DNA from: Octopus vulgaris
Taxonomy: Eukaryota
Assembly: GCA_951406725.2 (NCBI GenBank)
Contig: OX597815.1
Span: forward strand, 175,150,001-175,214,000
Direction: 5' to 3'
Length of the DNA: 64,000 nt
The notes below the pieces were generated by a model. The model searched no databases, was not told the DNA's origin, and saw only the letters and a program-made list of their open reading frames with translations. Each line of letters begins with the position of its first letter. Position 1 is the stretch's first letter. Below are positions 40,606-53,764 of this stretch, one piece after another. A program made the position numbers and the translations under genes.

Positions 40606-42588
40606 TTACTTTGATACTTTGATAGGTTTCGGCCATTATTGGCCCAGGCCATGTCTAACTTAATAGCACCACCTGGTGAAGTCTTTCAAGTCAGAATTTG
40701 GGCACTATGGCCCACTCAAATAGAGAGTTATTGTTTACAGAGACATATCCGGGTGTAGGGGGTTTATCCGGGATTTCTTGAAGGAATCTGTCCAAAGACT
40801 TCTTGAACCCTATAGGGTCAGTTTCTGTTTTAATGTGTTTTGGTGTAATGTTAAAGAGAGCGGGGCCAATTGAGGTGAAATAATTGTGCCGTATTGTTGT
40901 TATGAGATGAGAGTGCGATTTTTGTTTTGGGCGGATGGCACGGGGCCCAAGCCTTGGATGTACCTTAAAGGTGATGCCAACATCATTTGGGCAATGCTGA
41001 TGGAATATTTTCCACATCATGCAGATGATGTAGCGCTCACGACGACGTTGGAGAGAATAGAGTTTTAGCTTTTCTAGTCGACCCCAATAGTCGAGGCCTG
41101 TCATGCCATCTATCTTTTTTGTGATTGCCCTTTGAGGTGCTTCGACTTTTTTGATACCTTGTATTGTGTGGGGAGACCACAGTGGACAACAGTATTCAAG
41201 GTGGGGTCGGGCAAAAGTGGAGAAGAGAAGGATAATGGTGTGGATATCTCTCGACTGGAAAGTTCTGAGAATCCAGGAACACATTCTGCGGGCCATGTCA
41301 ACTTTGGTGTTTATATGAGTGGCCCAGCTTACGTTGTTGTCCACAATTACTCCCAAGTCTCTGATGTTGTTGGACGCCGCGAGAGTTTCACCTGAAGGAA
41401 GGGAGTATGGGAGTTTCAGGGCATCCTCTTTTCCAAAGTGGATTAGCTCAAATTTATCCTCGTTCAGCAGCATATTGTTTTTTTCTGCCCATTGGATAAC
41501 AGCCAGTAGATCTGACTGAAGGCATGTCCGGTCACTCGCCTCATTTATGACCTTCTGTAGCTTGGAGTCATCTGCAAAGATTTTTATGTTGCTGTGCTTG
41601 ATGATGTCATTAATGTCATTAATGTAAATGATGAAAAGAAGTGGGCCCAGCACAGTGCCTTGCGGAACGCCACTACTGACTTTGGCTGGGCTTGATTTTA
41701 CCCCTTCAACTACAACATGTTGAGATCTGTCTGTCAGGAAACACTTAATCCATTTCAGTAACTTTCCAGAGACACCAATGTTGGATAGTTTTTTCAATAG
41801 GATCTTGTGATCGACCCTGTCGAAGGCCTTACTGAAATCAAGGTAGATGACATCGGTGTTGGAGCCCTCTCCCAAAGCTCTCAAAATGTCCTCAAAGTGA
41901 TGCAGGAGCTGCGTTAGGCAGTCCCTTCCATTACGGAACCCATGTTGGTTGGAGATCAGCCGTCTGTTGCTTTCCAGAAATTGGGTTATTTGAGATCTCA
42001 CCACCCTCTCAAATACCTTGATGATATGAGAGGTGAGTGAGATCGGACGGTAATTCACTGCAAGGGACTTGTTTCCCTTTTTGAAAACTGGGACAACAGA
42101 CTGGGACAGAAGGTTTTTTGGAATATAGCCAGCATCCAGTGAGTTTCTCCACAGATTAGCAAGGGGAGATGCAAGTTGGTGTCAACACACCTTCAGGACA
42201 CAAGCAGGGAACCTATCGGGGCCTACTGCTGAATTGTGTTTTATTTCGTTTATCGCCGCTAAGACATCAGGGGCACTAAACGTTATGTCCGATATAGTGT
42301 GTTGGGGGTTGACATCACTGATACAGCCCAGATCGGCCATATCAGGATTGCTGAAAACAGAGCAGTATTGTTTCTGCAGTATCTCGGCCATGGATTTGGC
42401 ATTATCTTGGAGAGTGCCAGTTTCGTCAATTAGAGGGCCTACAGTGGAGACAGTGACCCTGCGTTTCCTCGCAAATGAAAAGAACACTTTGGGGTTGAGT
42501 TTGATTTTTTCAATGGCCCACTTCTCCTCAGCTGATCTTTGGTTATTGATGAGGGACTTCATGCATTGTTGGAGGTTATATTTTTTGG
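40606..42588 (-). mobile_element. Young 5'-truncated CR1-like LINE; ORF2 (RT) intact except for one nonsense codon
   Basis: ORFs 42182..42562 and 40691..42058 are in the same frame, separated by TGA plus 41 open codons ([18 protein letters not shown]...VVPVFKKGNKSLA); motifs NYRPISLTS, YLDFSKAFD, GVPQGTVLGPLLF, FADD; short 3' UTR and (TATCAAAG)2 tail. Confidence 0.95.
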
Positions 42589-43270
<682 letters not shown>

Positions 43271-43299
43271 TATAAGTATACGTATAATCCTTCAATTAT

Positions 43300-44315
43300 T
43301 TAAAGTGTTTCAGTTTTAAAACTGCGGTCATGCTGGGGTACCACCATTGGCTGTGCTACACAGTTATTTGGAACCTTTGCTGATATGTGGCATTTGGTGA
43401 ACGAGGGGTGTTTGATGCTGCCGCCCTCATCTGTGTTTCTGCTGTGAAGTAGGCTCATCTGGAACCCTTGACAGGAGGAAATCCAGTTTTGTTTTGAAGA
43501 TACCTACATCCACACCATGCAGGTCTCTCTGGCATTTTGGAAGGATACTGAATAGCTGTGAGTTCTTGAAACCCAAGTCGTTGCAGTATCTGGTCCTGTA
43601 TCTTGATGGTGATGCTGGATCTTTGGCACTATGCAGTGGCACCCCGTTTTGCTGTTTGTATTCAATGTGCCAAAAGTTTGCTACAAGGCCTTTCAGAATT
43701 TTGCAGATATATATCACTGCATATCTTTACTGCTTTTGTTCTAGGGAGAACAGTTTTAATTCTTTCAGTTTTTCCCAGTCGCTGATACTTTGCATTGAGA
43801 CGATTTTCTTTGTGTATCATCATTGGATTGCTTCGAGTTCCACCGTTAATTTTATATTGTATGGTGGCCATAGTTGAGAGCAGTAGTCCAAGCTGCTGAG
43901 GACATACGTCCTCCAAAGGACCATCATTGTCTCTTTTTCTCTTGTTTTAAAAGTTTGGAGGATCCATCCATTCAGCCGTCTGCATTGTATAACCAAATTA
44001 GTAATATTCACCTGGAAAGATGCATCCTTGCTCATGTCATGCACTGATTTTGATTCAAAGATTGCACTTCTTCCCTCTGGGCCAATGTATCCTGTCTCTA
44101 TGTCATTCAGCTTTGTGTGCTGGTGGTGCAGGTTTTGGAATTTTCCTGCATTAAACTGCATGTTGTCTTCAGTCCACTTGTATATTGTGTTCAACTCCTG
44201 TTGCAGATGTGCAATATTTCCAGGATTTTGTGTTGTCTGAGAGACTTTTGTGTCATCTGCATAGCTAGCAAGGGTGGCCATCTGAGCAGCTGACTGCATG
44301 TCTGAGACGGTCACT
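43300..44315 (-). mobile_element. Older degraded CR1-like LINE 3' fragment
   Basis: 'SYADDTKV', 'GWILQTFKTRE...LDYCSQLWPP', 'FKTKLDFLLSRVPDEP'; 3' tail GGTGGTACCCCAGCATGACCGCAGTTTTAAAACTGAAAC. Confidence 0.9.
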
Positions 44316-44828
44316 GTGTATACATAGAGTTGTATGTGTGTGTGAGTATAATCATATGTATGTGTGCAGCTGTGTGTGTGTGTGTGTGTGTGTGTGTGCA
44401 TGCACACACACACCCATTTTTTTAATTTCAAATTTTATCATTGTTTACTTTTCACTTTCATTTGGGTGTAGCTTCTTTCACTTTATTTTATTATTTCTAC
44501 AAATTTTGAAATATTCCATAAATATCGCTCTTATATTCTTGTGTGTGTAACAAAAAAAAATAAACAAAAAAACTTCAAACTTTGACATTTCTTTTTTATG
44601 TATTTATATTTCCATTTCTTACATATTTTATGAAGGTTATTTCTTCTCATTTGTTCCCTCTTGAAATGTGGGCTTAGAACAGTGAAATGCCAGTCTAATA
44701 TTTACCCAAGACATGCAATTTTTCTATAATGTTTTTACTTGGTTAACTTTTTAAAAGTTTGTCTTTTCTTTAAATTCTTTGCAATTATCTTCTGATATAA
44801 CTGATTAACATTCACCATCTCCATTTAG

Positions 44829-44934
44829 GTTGTCTTGGTATACTAAACAGTTCCCAGCTTTGCAAGCAAAAGACCCAGGCATCTTAAAACTTCTCCGAGA
44901 ACAAGTTACTCACCAGCTGGAGACAACCATCAAA
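44829..44934 (+). CDS. PMF1: PMF1 coding exon 2 (LSWYTKQFPALQAKDPGILKLLREQVTHQLETTIK)
   Basis: ctccatttag|G...AAA|gtaatt; 106 nt; phase 2/0. Confidence 0.85.
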
Positions 44935-45089
44935 GTAATTTTACATCATGATCTTTTTTATGTCTGTTTTTCCCAACAGGGCATGGATTGGGTGAATGTG
45001 TTTTAGTATAATATCTCACCACTTGTCCTGCTCCTTAAAAACAAAACGATATGTTCTCTCTTGTAATTTTTTCTGTTTGGTGAACTCAA

Positions 45090-45665
45090 TTGAATTAGAA
45101 AGTTCAATATAGATGTAGTTACCATCCCAGAGGATTTTATGCCTAAAATCTTCTGGGAAGGTAATCGCGATGGGGTAGGTGATGTGGGCATACTTCTTGC
45201 AGAAGTGTGGGTGCATAGAGGTAGTCTGAGTATGCAATAAAGTACTTAAGCTCAGGCTAGTCTTGCTGAATAGTATAGTGACAATTATCTCTGCCTACAC
45301 TGCCCCACAACACCACCTCTAAGTGGGCCCACCAAATGAACAAAAGGACTGTTTTTTATGATATTCTTCTGCAGGCTACCTCAAAGACAAGTGACAATGA
45401 TCTCATCTTTGCGGCTGGGGATTTCAATGGGCATGTTGGACAGCAGCCTGGTATTTTCCATGGTGTACATGGGGGCCATGAAATTAGTTCCCAAAACAAA
45501 GAGGGAACAAGGCTACTGGAGTTCTGAGATGCAAATAACCTTCTAATCTGCAACACCAACTTCAGGAAGCCAGCCAGCTACCTGATAACCTATCAATCAG
45601 GTGATTATGCTAGTCAGATCAATTACATTTTCACCAGGCAGTGGGATTCATGGTTGCTCCTAAAT
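45090..45665 (+). mobile_element. RTE LINE endonuclease-domain fragment
   Basis: 'FYDILLQ...AAGDFNGHVG...NKEGTRLLEF' and an 'ITYQSG...QI.YI' APE motif. Confidence 0.85.
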
Positions 45666-45849
45666 ATCAGGCCATCTCGTGATTTTTGTCCGATTTTACC
45701 TTTTTTAAAATTCAATGAAATTTAATTGTATTTTAGAATGTCTAATGGAATTAAAGATTATTTTTATGCATTTGTGTACATTTAAACTAATTATTATTTT
45801 ACAGAATAATAGAATTAAAATTTCTTTGATTAAAACCCTTTCTAACATA

Positions 45850-47362
45850 CATCATCATCATCGTTTAACGTCCATTTTCTGCGCTAGCACGGTTGGACGG
45901 TTCAACCAGGGGCTGCACCAGGCTCCAGTCTGATCTGGCTGAGTTTCTACAGATGGATGCCCTTCCTAACGCCAACCACTCTGCGAGTGTAGTGGGTGCT
46001 TTTTACGTGCCACCTGCACAGGTGCCAGGGGGGTCCGGCATCGACCACGATCGGTTGGTGCTTTTAACGTGCCACCGACACGGAAGCCGGCCAAGGCGGC
46101 ACTGGCATCGGCCACGTTCGGATGGTGCTTTTTATGTGCCACTGGCTTTGGAGCCAGTCAAGGCAGCGCTGGCATCGGCCACGTTCGGATGGTGCTTTTT
46201 ATGTGCCACCAGCACAGAAGTCAGTCGAGGCGGTGCTGGCAACGGCCACGTTCGGATGGTGCTTTTTATGTGCCGCCGGCCCAGGTATCACAACTATTAT
46301 TTCCATTGATATTTATTTCGATGCTCATGTACTTGACTCAACAGGTCTCCTCAAGCACAGCGGGATGTTCTGAAATCCAAGGTACTTTGAATGGGCAGGG
46401 GCTATATGGAACTGGTGCAGGAAGCAGCCCGGGCCTTTGCAGTCACAGCATATCTCCAGAGATCTCGGTCCTTCGCCATGCTTGACTACCTCATCCCATG
46501 TCTTCCTGGGTCTACCTCTCCCCCTGATACCTTCAACTGTTTAGGAGTGGCACTTCTTCACACATCTCTCCTCATCCATCCGCAGTACATGACCATACCA
46601 TCGCAAGCGTCGCTCTTGCACACCACATCTGATGCTTCTTATGTCCAGCATTTCTCTCAGGGTGCTTACACTCTGTCGTGCGTGCACACTAACATTACAC
46701 ATCCAGCGGATCATGCTAGCTTCATTCCTTTCAAGTCTACGCATGTCCTCTGCAGTCACAGCCCATGTTTCACTACCGTGAAGCATGGCAGTTCGCACAC
46801 ATGCGTCATACAATCTAACTTTCACTTTGAGCGAGAGACCCTTTGTCGCCAGTAGGGGTAGGAGCTTTCTGAACTTTGCCCAGGCTATTCGTATTCTAGT
46901 GGTGACACTCTCTGAACATCCACCTCCACTACTAACTTGGTCACCCAGGTAGCGGAAACTATCAACTACTTCTAGTTTCTCCCCTTGGAGTGTGATGGAA
47001 TCTGTTTTCTGAGTAACTGTGGTGTCTATTGTCCCTGTGCATCTGCTGCACATGAAAGCTATTTTATCAGTTAATTTCCCTTTGATGTTACTGCACCTCT
47101 TATGCGTCTATAGCTTACACTGGGTGCATCTTATGGAGTTTCTACCTACACCTTTCCTACAGATCGAGCAGGGCCACCTGCCCGAGGGTGTGTGTGCTGA
47201 GTTCGCCTTTCTGCTTACTATAACTTTGGTCTTTGCTACATTTACTCTAAGGCCCTTTGATTCTAACCCTTGCTTCCACACCCGAAATTTCTTTTCTAGT
47301 TCCGGTAGTGATTCTGCTATGAGAGCCAGGTCATCAGCATAGAGGAGCTCCCAGGGGCATCT
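45850..47362 (-). mobile_element. Relatively well preserved RTE LINE 3' half with tandem-repeat 3' UTR and (GAT)n tail
   Basis: ORFs 47108..47413 (WELLYADD...CSICRKG...CTQC) and 46541..47053; five UTR units at 45995-46285. Confidence 0.92.
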
Positions 47363-48420
47363 GGTAGATAAAACAATTAAGGGATATGAAGACAGGGAAA
47401 TCCTCCAGCACATCAGGAATCAATGCTGAGATGCTTAAAATATCTGGCGGTGTGGGTTATAGTCTAGACACCCATATTGTAAATCAGGTGGTACACGAAG
47501 GAGTCATACCCAATGACTGATGCAGCAGCACGATAGTCAACTGCTATAAAGGTAAAGGTGATGCCTTCAACAGAAATAATTACAGAGATATCAAATTGTT
47601 ATGGAGAGGGTCATAACTTAACTAATTAGGGAAAGAGTTAGACTAGATGAGATGCAGTTTGGTTTTGTACCAGAGAGAAGCACCACTGACACTATATTTC
47701 TGGTAGGGCAGTTGCAGGGGAAATACATTGATAAACCTCTGTACTTGGCTTTTACTGACTTGGAGAGAGCCTTTGACAGGGTCCTCCTTCCCATATCTTG
47801 TGGTCAATGTGGAAACTAGGGATAGATGAGTGGTTGGTGAGAGCTGTACAAGCCATGTACAGGGACGCTGTCAGTAAGGTGAGGGTTGGCAAATAGTACA
47901 GTGAAGAATTCAGGGTAAAAGTAAGAGTTCACCAAAGATCAGTCCTCAGACCCCTCTTGTTCATCGTAGTCCTTCAGGCAATAACAGAGGAATTTAAGAC
48001 AGGTTGCCACTGGGAGCTCCTCTATGCTGATGAACTTGTTCTTTTAGCTGAATCCATACCAGAACTAGAGAAGTTTCAGGTATGAAAGCAAGATCTAAAA
48101 TTGAAGGGAGTTAACCTAGCAAAAACCAAAGTCTTAGTAAGTTGGAAAGCAAACAAATCACAAATCCCTTCAGGAAGACGGCACTGCTCAATATGTAGAA
48201 AGTGGAGGTAGAAACTCTATGAGATGTGTCTGGTGTAAGCTATGGACACGAGAGGTGCAGCAATATCAGAGGAATGTTAACTGGGAAACTAGGCTCCAAT
48301 CTGATTTGGCAAGGTTTCTATAGCTGGATGCCCTTCCTAGTGCTAAACACTCTGAGAGTGCAGTGAGTGCTTTTTACGTGCCACCAACATTGGAGCCAGT
48401 CAAGTGGCATTGGCAGTATT
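47363..48420 (+). mobile_element. Degraded RTE RT fragment, inverted relative to its neighbours
   Basis: 'EMQFGFVPERSTTD', 'LAFTDLERAFDRV', 'WELLYADEL'. Confidence 0.85.
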
Positions 48421-48646
48421 CATTATTCAGATCCAATATTCATTATTGGGTCTGAATTGAAACAATTTGTAGGATTAATATTTGTCTCCATTTTCTTTCA
48501 ATTTTTGTATATTGAATGTATACCCATTTGAATTCTGAAAAGTTTTTCTCTGCCATATTGGGTATTTAACTGACAAACCAATGAAAAATTGGATGTTTTC
48601 CATCCCTAAAAAGGTAACTGTTTTTCATTGTATTGAATTTTAATTA

Positions 48647-49014
48647 GGCGCAGGAGTGGCTGTGTGGTAAGTAGCTTGCTAACCAACCACACGGTTGCGG
48701 GTTCAGTCCCACTGCGTGGCATCTTGGGCAAGTGTCTTCTGCTATAGCCCCAGGCCGACCAATGCCTTGTGAGTGGATTTGGTAGACGGAAACTGAAAGA
48801 AGCCTGTCGTATATATGTATATATATGTATATCTGTGTGTGTTTGTGTGTCTGTGTTTGTCCCCCTAGCATTGCTTGACAACCGATGCTGGTGTGTTTAG
48901 GTCCCCGTCACTTAGCGGTTCGGCAAAAAGAGACCAATAGAATAAGTACTAAAAGGTGGTGCTCCAGCATGGCCGCAGTCAAATGACTGAAACAAGTAAA
49001 AGAGTAAAGAGAGT
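48647..49014 (+). mobile_element. tRNA-derived SINE (family C; abundant Octopus-type), near full length
   Basis: A-box TGGCTGTGTGG, B-box GGTTCAGTCCC, CORE-like CTTGGGCAAGTGTCTT, internal (TA)/(TG) tract, tail GGTGGTGCTCCAGCATGGCCGCAGTCAAATGACTGAAAC plus AAGAGTA-like repeats; partial copies near 3790-3910, 11660-11790, 13725-13850, 14465-14610, 54380-54590, 61780-61900. Confidence 0.9.
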
Positions 49015-49469
49015 ATATATAGTTGAAATTTACAGAAAAACAGACGAAGACAGATGTATGAACAACAAATAGGTGTATTAGTTTAATGCTTGGGAAAGTT
49101 AGTAAGTATTTTACATTTCAAGCCTATGCTCTTCAACAGAAAAGAATAAGAGAAAGTAAAGAGAGAGAGAGGATAAAAAAACTTGTGGATTTAGCAGTCA
49201 AGCATGGCGAATGGTTGGGGAAAAAAAAGGTTTGACAGGAGAGATTGAAAGAAGGGGAGATAATAACGCTTGGTGTGGGTAGGATGAGAGGAAGAGTTGT
49301 TAAGGTAGGAGTGTGAGTCAGTGTGTTTGTAGTGGCTGGAAGTAGTGAGAGCAGAGTGGTGTATGTTGACAGAAATGTTGAGAAATATGACGGAAGTATA
49401 TATATATGTGTGTGTGTGTGTATGTATATATATATATATATAATGTATATAAATGTATGTGTGTGTGTA

Positions 49470-52400
49470 TCGTCATCATCATTTAGCATCTGCTTTCCAT
49501 GCTGACATGGGTTGGATAGTTTGACTGGAACTGGTAAGCCGGGGAACTGTGCCAGGTTCCAATCTGATTGCTCTTGGCTTCTACAGCAGGATGCCCTTCC
49601 TAATGCTAATGGTTCCAAGTGTGTAGTGGGTGCTTTTTATGTGTGACTGGTATGGATGCCTTTTACACTTCCCCCAGCACCAGCCACAACTGCGAGCTCA
49701 CTCGGCTTCTCAAACCCAGCAAATCGCCAAACGTCTTGATCACTTGTCATTGATCACCTCTATGAGACCCAACATTCAATGGTCATGTTTCATCACCTCC
49801 TGGGTCTACCTCTTCCACAGGTTCTCTCCACAGTTAGAGATTGGTATTTCTTAATGCAGTTGTCCATGTCCATACCAGCACATTCTTCTCCCTTGCACAC
49901 TATATCTGATGCCTCTTATGCCCAATTTTACACTCAAGACACTCTCTGTTGTACATACACACTGATATTGCTCATCCAGCAGAGCATATTAACTTCATTT
50001 CTTTTAGACCCTTGTGTGTCCTTTGCAGTCACAGCCTGTGTTTCATTACTGTGTAGCATGGCTATTCGTACACAAGCATCATACAATCTGCCTTTCACTC
50101 TGACAGAGAGGTCCTTTGTTGGCAACAAAGGTAGAAGCTCTCTGAACTTTGTCCAGCTTTTTCTGTTTCTTGTAACATCCACTTCCACTGCTGACTCTGT
50201 CACCTAGATAATAAAAGCTAACAACTGCTTCTAAGTATTCCCACTGGCATTTGTTGGAGTTTATTTTCCGTATATTTCTAGTGTTTATTGTACCTGTGCA
50301 TCTTCCGCAAGAAAGACTATTTTCCATGTTAACCTTCCTCTGATATTGCTGCACGTCTTATGTGTTCATAGCTATGAAGTTTCTACCTCCACTTTCTACA
50401 TATTGTGCAGTGCCGTCTTCCTGAAGGGATTTGTGATTTGTTTGCTTTCCAACTTACTAAGACTTTGGTTTTTTGCTAGGTTAACTCCCTTTGATTTTAG
50501 ATTTTGCTTTCATTTCTGAAACTTCTTCTCTAGTTCTGGTAGGGATTCAGCTAAAAGAACAAGTTCATCAGCATAGAAGAGCTCCCAGGGCTAGCCCGAC
50601 ATTAAATTCCTCTATTATTGACTGGAGGACTATGATGAACAAGGGGGGGGGGGGCGACTGAAGACTGATCCTTGGTGAATTCCTTGTACTCTGATTTCAT
50701 CGCTATCCTAGTTGCCAATCCTCATCTTACTGACAACGTCCCTGTACATAACTTGTACAGCTCTCACCAACCACTCATCTATCCCTAGTTTCCACATTGA
50801 CCACCAGATAAAGGAGCGGGGTACCCTGTCAAAGGCTTTCTCCATGTCCTCAAAAGCCAAGTACAGAGGTTTATTTTTGACTAGCTACTACTCCTGCTGC
50901 TGCCTTATGAGGAATATAGCATCAGTGGTGCTTTCTCCTGGCATAAATCCCAACTGCATCTCATCTAGACTAATTCTCTTCCTAATTAGTTGGGCTATGA
51001 TCCTTTATGTGACTCTCATCACCCGATCAAACAATTTGATAGCTCTGTAATTATTTCTGTCTTTATAGCAGTTGACTATGGTGCTGCTATACCTGTCATT
51101 GGGTATGACTCTTTTGTGTATGACCTCATTAACCACATGGGTGATAAGACCTTAAACACACAGAACCAGGTATTTTAACCTTTTCGTTACTGTATTTATT
51201 TTGAGATGCTCTGTGTTTCTTTCAATTACTTTAAATATAACAAAGAATTTCGTAAAATAAATTAATTATCATTCAGCTAGTGTTAGGAACATAAATTGTG
51301 ACTAAAGTTTGGTGGAAGATTTTAATTCAAAACTTATGAAAACAAGACATTTGTACTCAGAGCCAGAGCCGGTTTCAGCCGGGTTGGTAATGAAAGGGTT
51401 AAGCATCTCAATGGTGACACCTGATGGGCCGAGGGCTTTCCCCATCTTCATATCCTTCATGGCTTTATCTACCAAGAAACTGTCTATTTAGATTGCCTGT
51501 CCCTCTGTTGGATCCATCTTAGGCAGACTCTCCTTCCACCATGAGTTCTCTACATTTAGTAGCCTTTCCAAGCCCCTTTCTTAGCAGAGTCACTAACTTC
51601 AAGTGAACCATCATCCATGCAAATGCACTTCTCTCCAACAACATCACAATATTCCCTGACACCCTGTCATGCAAGCTGAAACACTTCAAGCCACTGGTCC
51701 TCATGCTACAGAACATTGGTATACTTCTTTTCTGTTTCCCCACTGGCTAGGTATACCTACATTCTAGCTTTCCTTCTGGCTACCTGATTTAGTTCCTTGC
51801 TACTGCCACATTTCCAGGCCTGTTTTTTTGCTCTATTGGCCCTGTCAACTCCACTGTTCTATCACCATGTAACCCTAGGTCTGGTTGGTCTGTGGCTCTC
51901 AGTAAGTTGCCCTATAGGAATTATCTTCTGAGGCTCCCCCATCCTTTTCCAGACTGGTTTGCTTCTTGGAATGTGTCTTGCCTGTAGTCTGAAATCACTA
52001 ATGGCTAATCTATGTTGAGAGGTAGATTCTTCACCAGGGAAAGCCTTTGCATTTATCAGCAATCATAAATCTTGCTTCCTGGTGAGAATGTAGTCAATCT
52101 GGTTGGCATGGTCACCAGATTTGTTGGTTATCAGGTGACTCGCTTGTTTCTTGAAGTTGGTGTTGCATCACAGAACTCCTGCAGCCATGTTCCCTCATCA
52201 TTTTAGGAACCAATTCCATGGTCCCCATGTACTCCATAGAAGACACCTGGATGCTGTCCAACATGTTCGTTGAAATCACCAGCCACTCTAGTCTTCTTTG
52301 AGGTAACCTGCAGAAGAATGTCAAAATAGCAGTCGTTTAGTTCATTTAGCAGTCCCAGTTGTGGGGGGCATGGGCAGAGATGGTTGTTACTGTGCAACTC

Positions 52401-52640
52401 TGTAAAACTAAGCTTAGCTTAAATATCTCATCACATGTCAACCTCAATCATCTTGTTTCTCTGCTAGAAGCATGCCCACACCTCCTACCCCATCAGTGTT
52501 ATCCTCCCTGAAGAATTTACATCTGTGCCTTTTGCCTGTGAGGAAACTGGCTGAAACTCTCCCTCACCTTCTTCAATACAACATACATCAACACATCCCC
52601 CATTCAAGCATCTCAAGAACCTCACCAGACCTACCTTTCT
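49470..52640 (-). mobile_element. Near full-length degraded RTE LINE (endonuclease to 3' tail), interrupted by a TTAA MITE
   Basis: Endonuclease motifs ('AGDFNEHVG', 'QIDYIL', 'QHRL') at about 51950-52400, RT at about 50570-51500, tail near 49470. Confidence 0.85.
51179..51398. mobile_element. piggyBac-type MITE, 220 bp, nested in an RTE
   Basis: TTAA at 51175-51178 and 51399-51402; the paralogous RTE near 31785 shows the empty site. Confidence 0.9.
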
Positions 52641-52961
52641 ATTTGCCTACATGTAAAAGGAGGCAGGAAGTAACATGGGGGGAGTGGAAACTGTGGCTTT
52701 CGGCATGTCACAACAGTTGTCCTCACATTTAATCCACCAGCATTCATGTTAATCCATTTAATCCACCATCATTCATGTTACACTAGCTGCCTGTACTGGA
52801 AGTGGGTGCTGCATCAGCTTTAGTACAATCAATATTAGTACAAATATAAGTAAATACATAAAACAAAAAAAAAAGGACCAACTGGTTAATTATTGTTGTC
52901 TGCATTCGAGGTGGGTGCTATGTCCCAGCATTGGTACAAGCAGTGTTAATACAAATGCTGC

Positions 52962-53764
52962 GGATCTTTTCCTTTTGAATGGCAGATGTCAGCACAATTT
53001 CTAGTTAACTAAACACTTTTAAACTTTGTATACTGGTAGAATGTGTTTATAAAACATCATTTTTTCTTGGTTTTATTGAGAAAATTCTATAGTTTGTAAC
53101 ATATTTCTGCTATAAAATCGAGCATTTTGGCAATTTTAACCAATCAAATACGTCCATTTGGAGTCAAAACATACCGTGCTGTATGAATATGCCCCTCGTT
53201 TAAGAAACAGATTGGGTTTATTTACATTTGCGAAGAAAAAAAGATACCCTTCCCCCACCCCTAACCCTAACCTTAATCCTAAAATAGATTGAAATGCAAT
53301 AGATCGATACTAGGGCCATAATTATGGGTGACATTTTCATTTGATAATGCTAGAAAAAAATCCCATTTTCCGTAGCGGTGTCGTATGAAATTGTCACCCA
53401 TAATTATGACCCTAGTATCGATCTATTGCATTTCAATCTATTTTAGGATTAGGGTTAGAGTTAGGAGTGGGGGAAGGGTATCTTTTTTTCTTCGCAAATG
53501 TAAATAAACCCAATCTGTTTCTTAAATGAGGGGCATATTCATACAGTACGGAATCTTTTCACCCCAAATGGAGGTGAGCGATTGGTTAAAATTGCCAAAA
53601 TGCTCGATTTTAAAGTGGAAATATGTTATAACATATAGAATTTTCTCAATAAAGCCAAGAAAAAAATGATGTTTTATAAACACATTCTACCAGTATACGA
53701 AGTTTAAAAGTGTTTAGTTAACTAGAAATTGTGTTGACATCTGCCGTTCAAAAGGAAAAGATCC
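52962..53764. mobile_element. Merlin-like palindromic (foldback) element, 803 bp
   Basis: GGATCTTTTCCTTTTGAA...TTCAAAAGGAAAAGATCC; inverted arms of about 390 bp around a spacer of about 20 nt; 8-bp TSD AATGCTGC (52954-52961, 53765-53772). Confidence 0.92.

Noticed and set aside
40691-42058. 455-aa RT ORF as a domesticated host gene
   Set aside because: No ATG start, an in-frame upstream LINE continuation with a stop, 5' truncation and a LINE 3' tail; it is simply a young insertion.
45995-46285. CRISPR-like regular repeat array
   Set aside because: The 'spacers' are homologous to each other, the array sits in an RTE 3' UTR, and there are no cas genes; eukaryotic context.
45850-48290. Twin-priming 5' inversion of a single RTE insertion (junction near 47362)
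   Set aside because: The inverted halves overlap by about 300 nt of homologous sequence and differ in decay, and I found no shared TSD; separate insertions are more likely.
49105-49140. Hammerhead-like motif on the minus strand (TTGAAGAGC-ATAG-GCTTGAAAT), and a distant CTGAAGA...GAAAC near 35275-35385
   Set aside because: The catalytic core deviates from CUGANGA or is too widely spaced, and stems I and III could not be formed by eye; at most decayed Penelope-associated relics.
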